The notes beneath the pieces are model-generated. The model was not told the DNA's origin, made no database searches, and saw nothing but the letters and a program-made list of their open reading frames with translations. This document shows positions 19,970-30,560 of a stretch of 64,000 bases of DNA, piece by piece. Origin of the DNA: a virus; IMG/VR virus record IMGVR_UViG_3300025536_000012, positions 3,496 to 67,495 of that record; one strand, given 5' to 3'. The position numbers were made by a program, and so were the translations under genes. How positions within the stretch are numbered: position 1 is the stretch's first letter; the number at the start of each line of letters is the position of its first letter.

Positions 19970-20740
19970 TCAGATCATCGTTATGGTCCAGGGAAACGAT
20001 TCCTGAACCAACATACGGAAGCCCGAATCTATCAAATCCTGTCGACTTCCGGTTTGCCCAGACCCGCCCACACAATTCCCCCCGATTCTACGAGAGTTGT
20101 AGTTGATCGGACCTCCGAGCGAGTTGGTATCTCGCTTGAGTAAAACGTTAGATGCCGGCACCCAGAACAGCACATTGCTGAACGTTGGAATCGGAGACGT
20201 ACCAATCGCATTGACAAACCCGTTACCACTACACCCGGTGGTGATGTAGAAGATCTCAGGCGCAGGAATCGAGAGGACAATGAAGTCCTTTGGAGCCTGC
20301 GATGTGTTCTGTGTTACCTGGTGGCCGTAGAATCCGGCAACAAGAGGATCCGAGGCTCGGTAGTTGGCCGAGACCGGAAGACCGAGCTCCCGTCCATCCA
20401 TCGTCGGACCGCCTGCAATCAGTATCAGTCCCGATCCGGCAGGACCAGCCGGGCCTTGCGGTCCAGTCGCTCCAGTTGCACCCGTGGCCCCGGTAGCACC
20501 AGTGGCACCTTGAGGACCCTGACTGCCGGTATCGCCCTTCGGTCCCTGAGGTCCTTGCGGACCAGTAGCTCCAGTAGCGCCGCTACTACCCATAGCGCCG
20601 GTAGAACCCATAGGACCTTGAGGACCGGTATCTCCCTGTGGTCCCTGAGGTCCTTGGGGCCCCACAATATCTCCAGTATCAGTCGCATCGCTGCCACATC
20701 CCATCACGCATGCCATCAGAACAATAATCACCTTCGACAT
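19970..20740 (-). CDS. collagen-like repeat lipoprotein (256 aa)
   Basis: About 30 G-X-Y triplets ([19 protein letters not shown]...GATGATGATGATG). N-terminal signal with lipobox-like [11 protein letters not shown]. Globular C-terminal domain. Confidence 0.7.
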   Translation of the reverse strand: MSKVIIVLMACVMGCGSDATDTGDIVGPQGPQGPQGDTGPQGPMGSTGAMGSSGATGATGPQGPQGPKGDTGSQGPQGATGATGATGATGATGPQGPAGPAGSGLILIAGGPTMDGRELGLPVSANYRASDPLVAGFYGHQVTQNTSQAPKDFIVLSIPAPEIFYITTGCSGNGFVNAIGTSPIPTFSNVLFWVPASNVLLKRDTNSLGGPINYNSRRIGGNCVGGSGQTGSRQDLIDSGFRMLVQESFPWTITMI

Positions 20741-20776
20741 ATCACCCTCCTTGTTGTTCGTCCGGCGTGTTGATTG

Positions 20777-21472
20777 TTACGAGTGGTTTGCCTCGCCGAA
20801 GGCAGTCTCGTTGTTCTCAGATTGAGAACGGTTATGTGGCTCTACCATCGTCACTTGCTGGACGATATCATCGAACCATGCCTGATCTGTAGCAAGACCG
20901 AGAACGGCCTCGTCACATAGCTCCTTGGTAATCGCGAAAAACTTCTCGCTGAAGACCTTGTCGGGCGCATGCTCATGCATTGCGAGCACTGCCGTGACCA
21001 GACCCTCCCGAAGGATTGTCTGCGGAGTGACCGCATAGTCTTCGAAATAGGGAATGATTGGGCGGTAGACACTCCCGATCACTTTCCATTGCCCTTTTGG
21101 ATGAGGAGCTTGTGTGCTCCTCCATCCGTCTGATCCAATGGCCAGCCACAAATGACTCAACTTCTTCTCTCTCCACCACACCCACAACCCATCCCGATCC
21201 TTTTCGATCTTGAAACCAGCCCTCGCGAGCGTTGCGCACTCGTCTCTCGACAAGCGGTCAACAAAGCCTTCTTCTTGCCATTTGGCATGTAGAGCGGACG
21301 CAGCCCCCTGCTGCTGTCGCTGCACAAGAACGACCTCGTTGATGGCAAGCCCGTCATCAACACGAGCTCGAGGCTCGTATTGTGGTGCATTGTCTAGAAG
21401 CCTCTGCACCATTGGCTGAATTCGGGTTACTCTGGGCCCTCTACCATCGGGCCTTTCGCGTGCGTGTTCCAT
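20777..21472 (-). CDS. hypothetical protein (231 aa)
   Basis: ORF downstream of promoter motif 21525-21534 with SD caggaggaataggtcATG. Confidence 0.55.
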   Translation of the reverse strand: MEHARERPDGRGPRVTRIQPMVQRLLDNAPQYEPRARVDDGLAINEVVLVQRQQQGAASALHAKWQEEGFVDRLSRDECATLARAGFKIEKDRDGLWVWWREKKLSHLWLAIGSDGWRSTQAPHPKGQWKVIGSVYRPIIPYFEDYAVTPQTILREGLVTAVLAMHEHAPDKVFSEKFFAITKELCDEAVLGLATDQAWFDDIVQQVTMVEPHNRSQSENNETAFGEANHS

Positions 21473-21524
21473 GACCTATTCCTCCTGAAAAAAGATACCC
21501 GAAGCGCTCTACTACGGGTTCAAA

Positions 21525-21534
21525 CGCTTATACC
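21525..21534 (-). promoter_or_regulatory. promoter-like motif variant GGTATAAGCG plus leader hairpin
   Basis: Coding strand GGTATAAGCG, then ACCCG..CGGGT hairpin and CTTTTTTCAGGAGG; matches the consensus leader layout. Confidence 0.4.
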
Positions 21535-21595
21535 GTTTTTGGAGATAGGACTTGCGACGAAATAGGCAAAGAAGAGCCGTAGCTCCCCCAGTCGA

Positions 21596-21820
21596 TCAGC
21601 CTATTTCTTCGATGAAGCCGATCGCATTCTGAAGCGATTCGATTTCGGATTTCTTGCTATCGAGATCCTTGGCCGCTTGATCAATCAGCTTCTGACGGTC
21701 TGCATACGGAATGCCCATCCGGGCCATTTCTTCTTGGGTAGGTATCCCATTGGACCGTTCGAGGTGGGTAAGTCGTCGACGAAGCCAGAACAGTGTCTTG
21801 TCCTTGTCTTTGATCTTCAT
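21596..21820 (-). CDS. hypothetical small protein (74 aa)
   Basis: ORF with balanced charged composition. Confidence 0.4.
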   Translation of the reverse strand: MKIKDKDKTLFWLRRRLTHLERSNGIPTQEEMARMGIPYADRQKLIDQAAKDLDSKKSEIESLQNAIGFIEEIG

Positions 21821-21993
21821 GTTTCCTCAGGTAGCTAGAGAAGGTTGGAGCATCCTGCATCTTCCCTCAGTACCTTGGTTCACGCCGCATCACTCACTGG
21901 TGGAGGGTGTTCCCTGGTACGTCGCTGGGTAGACCGGCTTTTCAGCTCCTGGTCTCTGTTTCCAGAGCCAACAGCTTATGCCGTGTGTTGTGA

Positions 21994-22290
21994 CTATTTT
22001 TCGAAGGCCTGTGTGTTGAGAGTTTCTCGCCAGGGCTTCAGATTTGTGCCTGTAAATAGGATTGGATCGAGCTCGTAGAGCTTGACGATGCTCATAACAA
22101 CCCAGCGAGTATCCGGGCTGAGCGCCACCGGGTAATACTGCACCATCTGACTCTCGCCAGTAATGTACGTGACGGCACAGATCAACTCTCGACCTGTGTA
22201 CCTTCCAGCTCCAGTACCAGCACATAGAAGGCATTTCTTTGACGTAGTTTCGTCTTGATCTACGAAACGCTTCTCACCCGCACATGACAA
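21994..22290 (-). CDS. hypothetical protein (98 aa)
   Basis: ORF overlapping the next gene by 31 nt. Confidence 0.35.
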   Translation of the reverse strand: MSCAGEKRFVDQDETTSKKCLLCAGTGAGRYTGRELICAVTYITGESQMVQYYPVALSPDTRWVVMSIVKLYELDPILFTGTNLKPWRETLNTQAFEK

Positions 22291-22895
22291 TCAGCGCAAT
22301 ACCCTTTCTCGTCCCCAAATTCTTGAAGAACGAGAATATCTCCATTTCTGAAACCTCGATCCTGACGTCTCCACTCGTGGGTCTTTGCTCCGCTGTGGAT
22401 TGCATCGAACCCAGTGGGCCACGTCTTGAGCATGTGGACTTGTTTTCTTCCCCAGGCAACCTTGTTGAGAAGTTTGGATCGCGTTTGCTCGAGAAGTAAC
22501 AGCTCCTTAATTCGGGGCGGTTTCCAACCTTCTGGTTTGAGCTGTTTTCCTGTCACCGGATCTAGTGGTCCGCCTTCTTTCTGAAGATTGGTCCAACAAA
22601 CCTCCTCCCAGAACGGCGCTAGTCGGATACCAGCTTTGGACATGGCGTAGAGCACGACGAAAATCGTATCAGCTGCCCCATCGATGATTTCCGCCCAATT
22701 CTCCTCATCAATTGCGTCGAGCATTTCTTTGCTCTCTTCCTTGATGAGCTTGATGCAGAGATCTCGAACCTTGTCATCAGGCCAATGAGCAACTACGGCT
22801 CCCAAGTCCCCCTTCTTAACCCTGGTGATGAACTTGTCGACATCTTGCTGAATCAGTTCCATTGGAGTCATCGCGCAGCTCTTCCTTTCAGCCAT
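22260..22895 (-). CDS. MazG-like NTP pyrophosphohydrolase fused to an ASCH/PUA-like domain (211 aa)
   Basis: EESKEMLDAIDEENWAEIIDGAADTIFVVLY matches the MazG EExxE/D helix motifs. The C-terminal FDAIHSGAKTHEWRRQDRGFRNGDILVLQE resembles ASCH. Confidence 0.55.
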   Translation of the reverse strand: MAERKSCAMTPMELIQQDVDKFITRVKKGDLGAVVAHWPDDKVRDLCIKLIKEESKEMLDAIDEENWAEIIDGAADTIFVVLYAMSKAGIRLAPFWEEVCWTNLQKEGGPLDPVTGKQLKPEGWKPPRIKELLLLEQTRSKLLNKVAWGRKQVHMLKTWPTGFDAIHSGAKTHEWRRQDRGFRNGDILVLQEFGDEKGYCADCHVRVRSVS

Positions 22896-23368
22896 TTCTG
22901 GAGAAGCTTAACCACATCATATGGATCAGCATTCTCGATAAGGTGAATCCTGCATTCGACTCGAGATTCATCGGTGACAGGCACCCAAACATCATCCGTG
23001 TAGTTATAGGGTGTGAGACCGCCGATCATCTCACCCCCGTAGGAGGTAATATCTACGTTGAATGAGATACCTCCACGTGTACCATCCCAATCCTTGGAAT
23101 TCAGGATCTGAGCAACAACATCTACGTCTTGCTCGTCCGGATCTCCGTCACGGGTTAGGTGGTTCGCGTCCCGAGAGACACCGATGGCGTATCGCCCATC
23201 CTCTTGCTCGTAGATCTTGGAGCAGAACCATGAAAAACGCTCCAACTCGGTCTTGATCCCGGTTAGAACGTTTTTCAGTCTGTCCTCGTAGGTCGCCTTG
23301 ATCTTCTCGTAGCATTCGGTTAGTTCAGAATCATCCAAGTCTGGTGCCAGATCGTCTACCACTCCCAT
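22868..23368 (-). CDS. hypothetical acidic protein (about 166 aa, start at MGVVDD)
   Basis: The internal ATG at 23368 avoids a long overlap with the upstream gene. Confidence 0.45.
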   Translation of the reverse strand: MGVVDDLAPDLDDSELTECYEKIKATYEDRLKNVLTGIKTELERFSWFCSKIYEQEDGRYAIGVSRDANHLTRDGDPDEQDVDVVAQILNSKDWDGTRGGISFNVDITSYGGEMIGGLTPYNYTDDVWVPVTDESRVECRIHLIENADPYDVVKLLQKWLKGRAAR

Positions 23369-24579
23369 TCGTCGCGCTTCTCTTCGTCGATGGGCTCGAT
23401 TACGTAGTTCTTCTGGTAGAGGAGCTCGCCAGCCGCCTCCTCGAGGTCTTCCTGGTACCAGGGCGACTTCCAGCTTGGGGCCGATTCGTGAGCCATGCGA
23501 GTGATGGCTGCATTGACATGAGCGACAGTATCGCCCGGTTCCTTGTTCCACGCAGTCATGAGGTAGGAAAGAAGATCGTCCCTGTTGAGGTGGGGAACCA
23601 CAATCTTCTTGGCAGCGATGAGCCGCTTGAATGTCTCTTCGGCGCCCAGTGGGGTGCCATCGTACCTATCGTGGTACTGCTTCGTGTAGGCATCACTCCA
23701 ACGAGAAGCGAAGCTATCCAGAGCTGTGGAGGAGGCTCGGATGGCAGCCTCGACGACATCTTGAATCTTGTTGCCCCGGTGTGTGGTGCGAAACACCAAG
23801 TTCTCATCGCTGACGAGAGTGCAGTTGATGCAGGCGATACGAACCGCCTTGTATTTGATGCGGTATCCCTCGGTGCCATTGTCTGCACTCGAGATGATGA
23901 TGGCGACACGGAACAACCGACCAACTCCGAGCTCGTCCACTTCGTAGGGGTTGTGGAGAACAACCTCGAAGGTGGCTCGAGATCCGTCGTACTTAACGTC
24001 TGCCCGTGCATCGCTGGGGTATTGCGTCGCCTTGGTGACTGCCGCTAGTTGATCCCAGTCGAACGCCTGATAGTTCTTGCCCACCGCTGCGAAGCACTGC
24101 TTCATGTTGGTGGTCGCATCCGGGTTACGAGTACGGAGTTTCGTCTCCTTGGTGCAGTCCTTCATCCAGCTGTTGAGGTTGGACCGAAGCCGGCTATCCA
24201 TTGCATCGGGCCCGAGTTTGGCGAGCTGATTCCACCCAACGGGCTCCATGATGAGGCCACCACCGCCAGGAGCTCCACGAAGAACTCCCATACCATCGAC
24301 GGAGAGCTCCTTGATTTTGGTGACGATATCGTAGCGGTTCTCCGCCTTGATGCGCTCGATCAGCTTATCGCTGGCCTCCTCGACCATCGGAAGGTTCTCC
24401 CACTGGGTCCTACCCTCCATGGCCTTCTGTTCACCCATATCCAGCATCTTGGTGCCGTGAGCGAACCATGACTTGTTGAGGTTCTTGTTGTTGAGGAAGT
24501 TCTGAACCAGCTCGTACTCTTGATTCGCGAGATTGACTGCGTTGGGGTTGATATCGACTCCGGGGATGAGTGCTGTCAT
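23356..24579 (-). CDS. hypothetical protein (about 407 aa, start at MTALIPG)
   Basis: ATG at 24579 with SD acaaggaacacATG. Confidence 0.55.
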   Translation of the reverse strand: MTALIPGVDINPNAVNLANQEYELVQNFLNNKNLNKSWFAHGTKMLDMGEQKAMEGRTQWENLPMVEEASDKLIERIKAENRYDIVTKIKELSVDGMGVLRGAPGGGGLIMEPVGWNQLAKLGPDAMDSRLRSNLNSWMKDCTKETKLRTRNPDATTNMKQCFAAVGKNYQAFDWDQLAAVTKATQYPSDARADVKYDGSRATFEVVLHNPYEVDELGVGRLFRVAIIISSADNGTEGYRIKYKAVRIACINCTLVSDENLVFRTTHRGNKIQDVVEAAIRASSTALDSFASRWSDAYTKQYHDRYDGTPLGAEETFKRLIAAKKIVVPHLNRDDLLSYLMTAWNKEPGDTVAHVNAAITRMAHESAPSWKSPWYQEDLEEAAGELLYQKNYVIEPIDEEKRDEWEW

Positions 24580-25039
24580 GTGTTCCTTGTATTGGTTGGG
24601 TCTGACATCGGGCAAAAGAGAAGTCCCACGACTCCTCAACTAACAGCTGCGGCCGGTCGCAACATGTACCAATGTCGCAAGGCCGTTTCGATAACGAAGC
24701 AGGCTGCTTGGAGGATGACCCGCCAAGCGCTGCCAGGATCGAAATGAAAGCTGTAGGCCGCCCGTTCCTGGTGGAATTGGACGGTTATGGAGATCAAGTT
24801 TTAGTTCCAATCCATCTGATCGTAGCGGGCCGAGTGCTTCGGATTTCCGCCGCCAACGAAGCTGTGGTTCTTGTCCTCGTAGACGATCTCACCCTGCGGT
24901 GTCGAGCCCTCTCGAAAGAGAAGTCCTTCTACTTGACCGAGTGGATGCATATGGACGTGAGGGCATGGCTGGAACAGCATTCCTACTACCGACTCTCCTT
25001 TGTCTTTCTTCTCGTCACTCATAGATTTACCTTACCCCA

Positions 25040-25432
25040 CTAGGGTAGCTGAGAACCAGCATCCGTTTTCTTGGATTTGAGATGGTTAGTGATGAACGTC
25101 GTGAAGCTCTTCGAGTCCGCTGGTTTGTCAATGCGAGGAACGTTCTTCAAATCGACAGTAGTCAGTATGCTCTCGGAGCTCGAGTGGAATAGGAAGCTCG
25201 ACAACATGTGAGGCATGTGTTCCGCGAGCCATCGGTAGAACTCGATACCATCCATCTCTGGCATCCGTATATCGCTGACGATCAAATCGATATTCTCGTT
25301 CGAGGTTTTGAGAAACTCTCGAGCAAGACTGCCATCGCAGAAGCCGATGACCTTGTATCTCAACCGAATGAGCAGCTTAGTTGTGGCACGCCGAACAAGA
25401 TCATCGTCTTCAACTAGAAGAACCGTCACCAT
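25040..25432 (-). CDS. stand-alone response-regulator receiver (REC/CheY-like) domain protein (about 130 aa)
   Basis: MVTVLLVEDDDLV...IDLIVSDIRMPEMDG...KP carries the acidic pocket, the phospho-acceptor Asp and the conserved Lys-Pro. SD ttttggaggtcttATG. No output domain. Confidence 0.7.
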   Translation of the reverse strand: MVTVLLVEDDDLVRRATTKLLIRLRYKVIGFCDGSLAREFLKTSNENIDLIVSDIRMPEMDGIEFYRWLAEHMPHMLSSFLFHSSSESILTTVDLKNVPRIDKPADSKSFTTFITNHLKSKKTDAGSQLP

Positions 25433-25507
25433 AAGACCTCCAAAAAACGCCGAAGGGGAAGGGGCGTTCAAGGCCTTATGCCTCCAAAAGGGGTATTATT
25501 TTAGTGC

Positions 25508-25780
25508 TCAGTCTTCTACAACAGGAATTCCAAGACACCTGTGAACAGCTCGAGAGAGGTTCTCACCTGGGATAGTGTCCCACGCAACTGAATGCTCGGA
25601 AACTTGTTTGAACGCGTTGAGATTGGGATCTCCCCATCTGTGGTAGTACCCAACTCCAGTTGGAATGCCTTCTGGATCTAGGAAGAGAATGATCTTCCCG
25701 GCACGATTCTCATCTTCCATGTAGCAGTACCTTTGCGATGTGTGTACGTAGTTTATTGAATCGCCGATTAGAGATGCCAC
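25508..25780 (-). CDS. ORF overlapping the polymerase-like fragments (90 aa); possibly a frameshifted remnant
   Basis: Overlaps 25710-25961 in another frame. Both contain a similar SINY-encoding nucleotide stretch, suggesting local duplication or frameshift. Confidence 0.25.
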   Translation of the reverse strand: MASLIGDSINYVHTSQRYCYMEDENRAGKIILFLDPEGIPTGVGYYHRWGDPNLNAFKQVSEHSVAWDTIPGENLSRAVHRCLGIPVVED

Positions 25781-25961
25781 CGTACGCAGCCAAGATCCTC
25801 ATCTCGAGCTGCGTGTAGTTAATCGAATGAGAGACGTACGAGTGCGGGTAGTCTGACTGATTGAATCGACGCCCAGTCTTCAGCAATACATTGGGGCGCT
25901 CGTCGGTGAAGATTGAATTAATCCTCCCAGTCACCATAGGGATCCCATGGAATACTTTCAT
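25710..25961 (-). CDS. family-A DNA polymerase fragment carrying a motif-A-like segment (83 aa)
   Basis: TGRINSIF...KTGRRFNQSD...INYTQLEMRILAAYGG aligns with Pol I TGRLHTRFNQ...ATGRLSSSDP...DYSQIELRVLAHLSGD. Confidence 0.4.
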   Translation of the reverse strand: MKVFHGIPMVTGRINSIFTDERPNVLLKTGRRFNQSDYPHSYVSHSINYTQLEMRILAAYGGISNRRFNKLRTHIAKVLLHGR

Positions 25962-27165
25962 TCTCTTTCCTCTTCCGATCAGCTTCTTCTGATTTCGCTA
26001 TTCTTCTGCGAAGAGAGGCTGACCAAGCTGCTGAAGCATCCGGGTTGTTCTTGAGGAACTCTTTCCCGTTGGCAGCTAGTTTCTTGTCTGCAAAGCGCTG
26101 TGCGGTTTGAAATTGCCGGATCAGTTCCGGATCTTCGATGGTAGCGAGAAGCCAATCTCCCAACTCTGTGGACTTCCCTACAGCTCGAGACTTCTTGTAG
26201 AGAATAGGCTTCTCTGGTTCGACGAATTGCCCAAGTACCTCTCTGACGAAGTGTTTGTCATCTGCAAGGAAACGTCTCCGCCCATTCAATATGGGTACGT
26301 AACCCTTCTTCCTCGCCTGCTCTCTGGCCCATGCTTGATACGCCTCTAGAGTCGTTCTAGTCAGGTAGTAGGCTTCTCGACGGCAGTAATATTCAGATCC
26401 CTCTTCTGGAATGATGTGGTAGGCCCGCCATTCGATATTCTCCACATCTCGTCGATGAAGAAATAGCTCTCGAGCACAGCCTTCGCAGAGAGGTTCGTTC
26501 AATTCTCTAGGATAACTTGAGCTCTTTGGTGTGTCCTTCACACTCAGGCGCCCAGTCATCGATCCACCGTAAAGACTGTTGAATAACTGTTCCTTTTCCT
26601 TTTTAGTTCTACGAGGGATCTGTCCTGCCCTTGGTGGGCTTCTGGTATCGAACTTTCCAGTCAGAGGATCGCTCCACTCTCTGGCATGTGGATGGATTGG
26701 GATGTCGAATGGGACTTCTCCGTAAGCCGATCGATACTTCTCCACGATATCTTTGGTGAGCTCTTCGGTTCGCTTCTTGATGAGCTCTCCCCACTCCTTC
26801 AAGAATGCTTCTCGATTCTCCTCCGGTCCGTCGAAAGTGATCTCGTCATGTAAGAAGGTCATCGTGAAACTGTGTTTCTTGCATAGTTCTCGATACGCTT
26901 TGTACTGGCTAATCGCGTAGTGATAGCTTGCACCAGCCATTTCCTGCTCAGACAAACGGAACATGCTACCCGCGGAATCAGGTTTAGGCGTAACTGGTAT
27001 TGTTGGAGGAGGTGGAGGCATCTCGTCGAGCTGCTTTGGCTCAGACAAGAGGTACGTGGTCGTCTTTGATGGGTTGCATAGTCCGCACTCCGTCAAAACT
27101 TTTCCAGCTAGATCGAAGCCCCAGTTGATGTGTCCGCACGGCCACATTGGATCGCCTGTACTCAT
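25918..27165 (-). CDS. protein with family-A DNA-polymerase-like segments in non-canonical order (415 aa)
   Basis: FLHDEITFDGPEEN...VPFDIPIH..REWSD resembles the Pol I motif C to C-terminus. YQAWAREQARKKGYVPILNGRRRF resembles the Pol I segment VRAWIEKTLEEGRRRGYVETLFGRRRY. N-terminal CxH..CxxC. Confidence 0.45.
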   Translation of the reverse strand: MSTGDPMWPCGHINWGFDLAGKVLTECGLCNPSKTTTYLLSEPKQLDEMPPPPPTIPVTPKPDSAGSMFRLSEQEMAGASYHYAISQYKAYRELCKKHSFTMTFLHDEITFDGPEENREAFLKEWGELIKKRTEELTKDIVEKYRSAYGEVPFDIPIHPHAREWSDPLTGKFDTRSPPRAGQIPRRTKKEKEQLFNSLYGGSMTGRLSVKDTPKSSSYPRELNEPLCEGCARELFLHRRDVENIEWRAYHIIPEEGSEYYCRREAYYLTRTTLEAYQAWAREQARKKGYVPILNGRRRFLADDKHFVREVLGQFVEPEKPILYKKSRAVGKSTELGDWLLATIEDPELIRQFQTAQRFADKKLAANGKEFLKNNPDASAAWSASLRRRIAKSEEADRKRKENESIPWDPYGDWED

Positions 27166-27176
27166 GTTGTTCCTGA

Positions 27177-29599
<2,423 letters not shown>

Positions 29600-30034
29600 G
29601 AAATGACTTTGGTTGCTCGCGGTAGAATGAGCTCGGTGAGATCGTAGAGCTCGGCGTTGAATCTGTTCATCAGGAAGGCGCGAAGTTCTAGATCGAGGAC
29701 TGCAACGACTTCACTCAACTCCTGAATAGGTTTTCCGTCCGAAGTCTTCCACGATGTTCGCTTGTAAGACATCGGCGAAGTATGCGGACCGAGCATGCTG
29801 AACAGCTCTGTGTGGACAATACCGAAGTCTCGATTTCCTACAGGATGTTCGTCGACGATGACATCCGCATTCACTATGAGATCGGATGCGTAGAACATCT
29901 CGTGCTTAACGGTCAAGCTACGAACAACGTAATCCGATCCCATCGCTCGTTGTCGTAACCTCTCGACCCTCGTAGACATGTTCGCTCCTAGAAAGTGAAA
30001 GAAAAGGGTTGAATCATACCCTCCCCCAAGCAGC

Positions 30035-30430
30035 TTACGCCGCCTCTTTCACAATCCCCTTGATACCCCATTCCTTCTTGAGCTTGTCCACTTTCTTCAC
30101 CAACGGAGCTAGTTTCTTCTCGATGATGTAGAAGTTAGTGATGGTGAATCCAGCTTGTCTGGCGTAGTCGCCGATCCGCAGGGGATTCCACTTCTCCCCT
30201 TCCAGCAACCGACACCTTTCTGATCGAAGGTATCTGACCTGTGGTTGGCCCTTGACGTTAATGGTGTAGAACCCCTTCACCCATATGACCTGGGTTCGAT
30301 TGGTGCTCACAAGAGCAACAACATCCTTGGTGCCGAAGTTGCGACAGTTCGGATTCTTCTGAGCAAGGTCTACGAAGTTCGTGAGTTCACTTCGTCGAAA
30401 ATCGACGAATAGCATGTCTCTGAGATTCAC
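30035..30430 (-). CDS. hypothetical basic protein (131 aa)
   Basis: ORF downstream of promoter motif 30468-30476 with SD caggaggaaacaggtgaatctcagagacATG. Confidence 0.5.
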   Translation of the reverse strand: MNLRDMLFVDFRRSELTNFVDLAQKNPNCRNFGTKDVVALVSTNRTQVIWVKGFYTINVKGQPQVRYLRSERCRLLEGEKWNPLRIGDYARQAGFTITNFYIIEKKLAPLVKKVDKLKKEWGIKGIVKEAA

Positions 30431-30467
30431 CTGTTTCCTCCTGAGAAAGGGTTTTCCGCCTTCAAAC

Positions 30468-30476
30468 CCTTATCCC
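30468..30476 (-). promoter_or_regulatory. promoter-like motif GGGATAAGG
   Basis: Immediately downstream of terminator 30480-30540. Confidence 0.45.
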
Positions 30477-30479
30477 AGG

Positions 30480-30540
30480 AAAATAGGCAAAAGAAACCGG
30501 CAGTAGAGGAGTGTGCGTTCTCCTAGATAGCCGGTTTCCA
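30480..30540 (-). terminator. rho-independent terminator after the vault-protein-like gene
   Basis: Coding-strand GAAACCGGCTATCTAGGAGAACGCACACTCCTCTACTGCCGGTTTC long hairpin, then TTTTGCCTATTTT. Confidence 0.6.
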
Positions 30541-30560
30541 AACCAGGTAGCGACCCCGGT

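Noticed and set aside
26900-27000. RRRIAKSEEADRKR at the C-terminus of the 415-aa ORF as Pol I motif B (RRxAKxxNFGxxYG).
   Set aside because: It lacks the NFG..YG continuation and lies at the wrong position relative to the other PolA-like blocks. It is probably just a basic tail.
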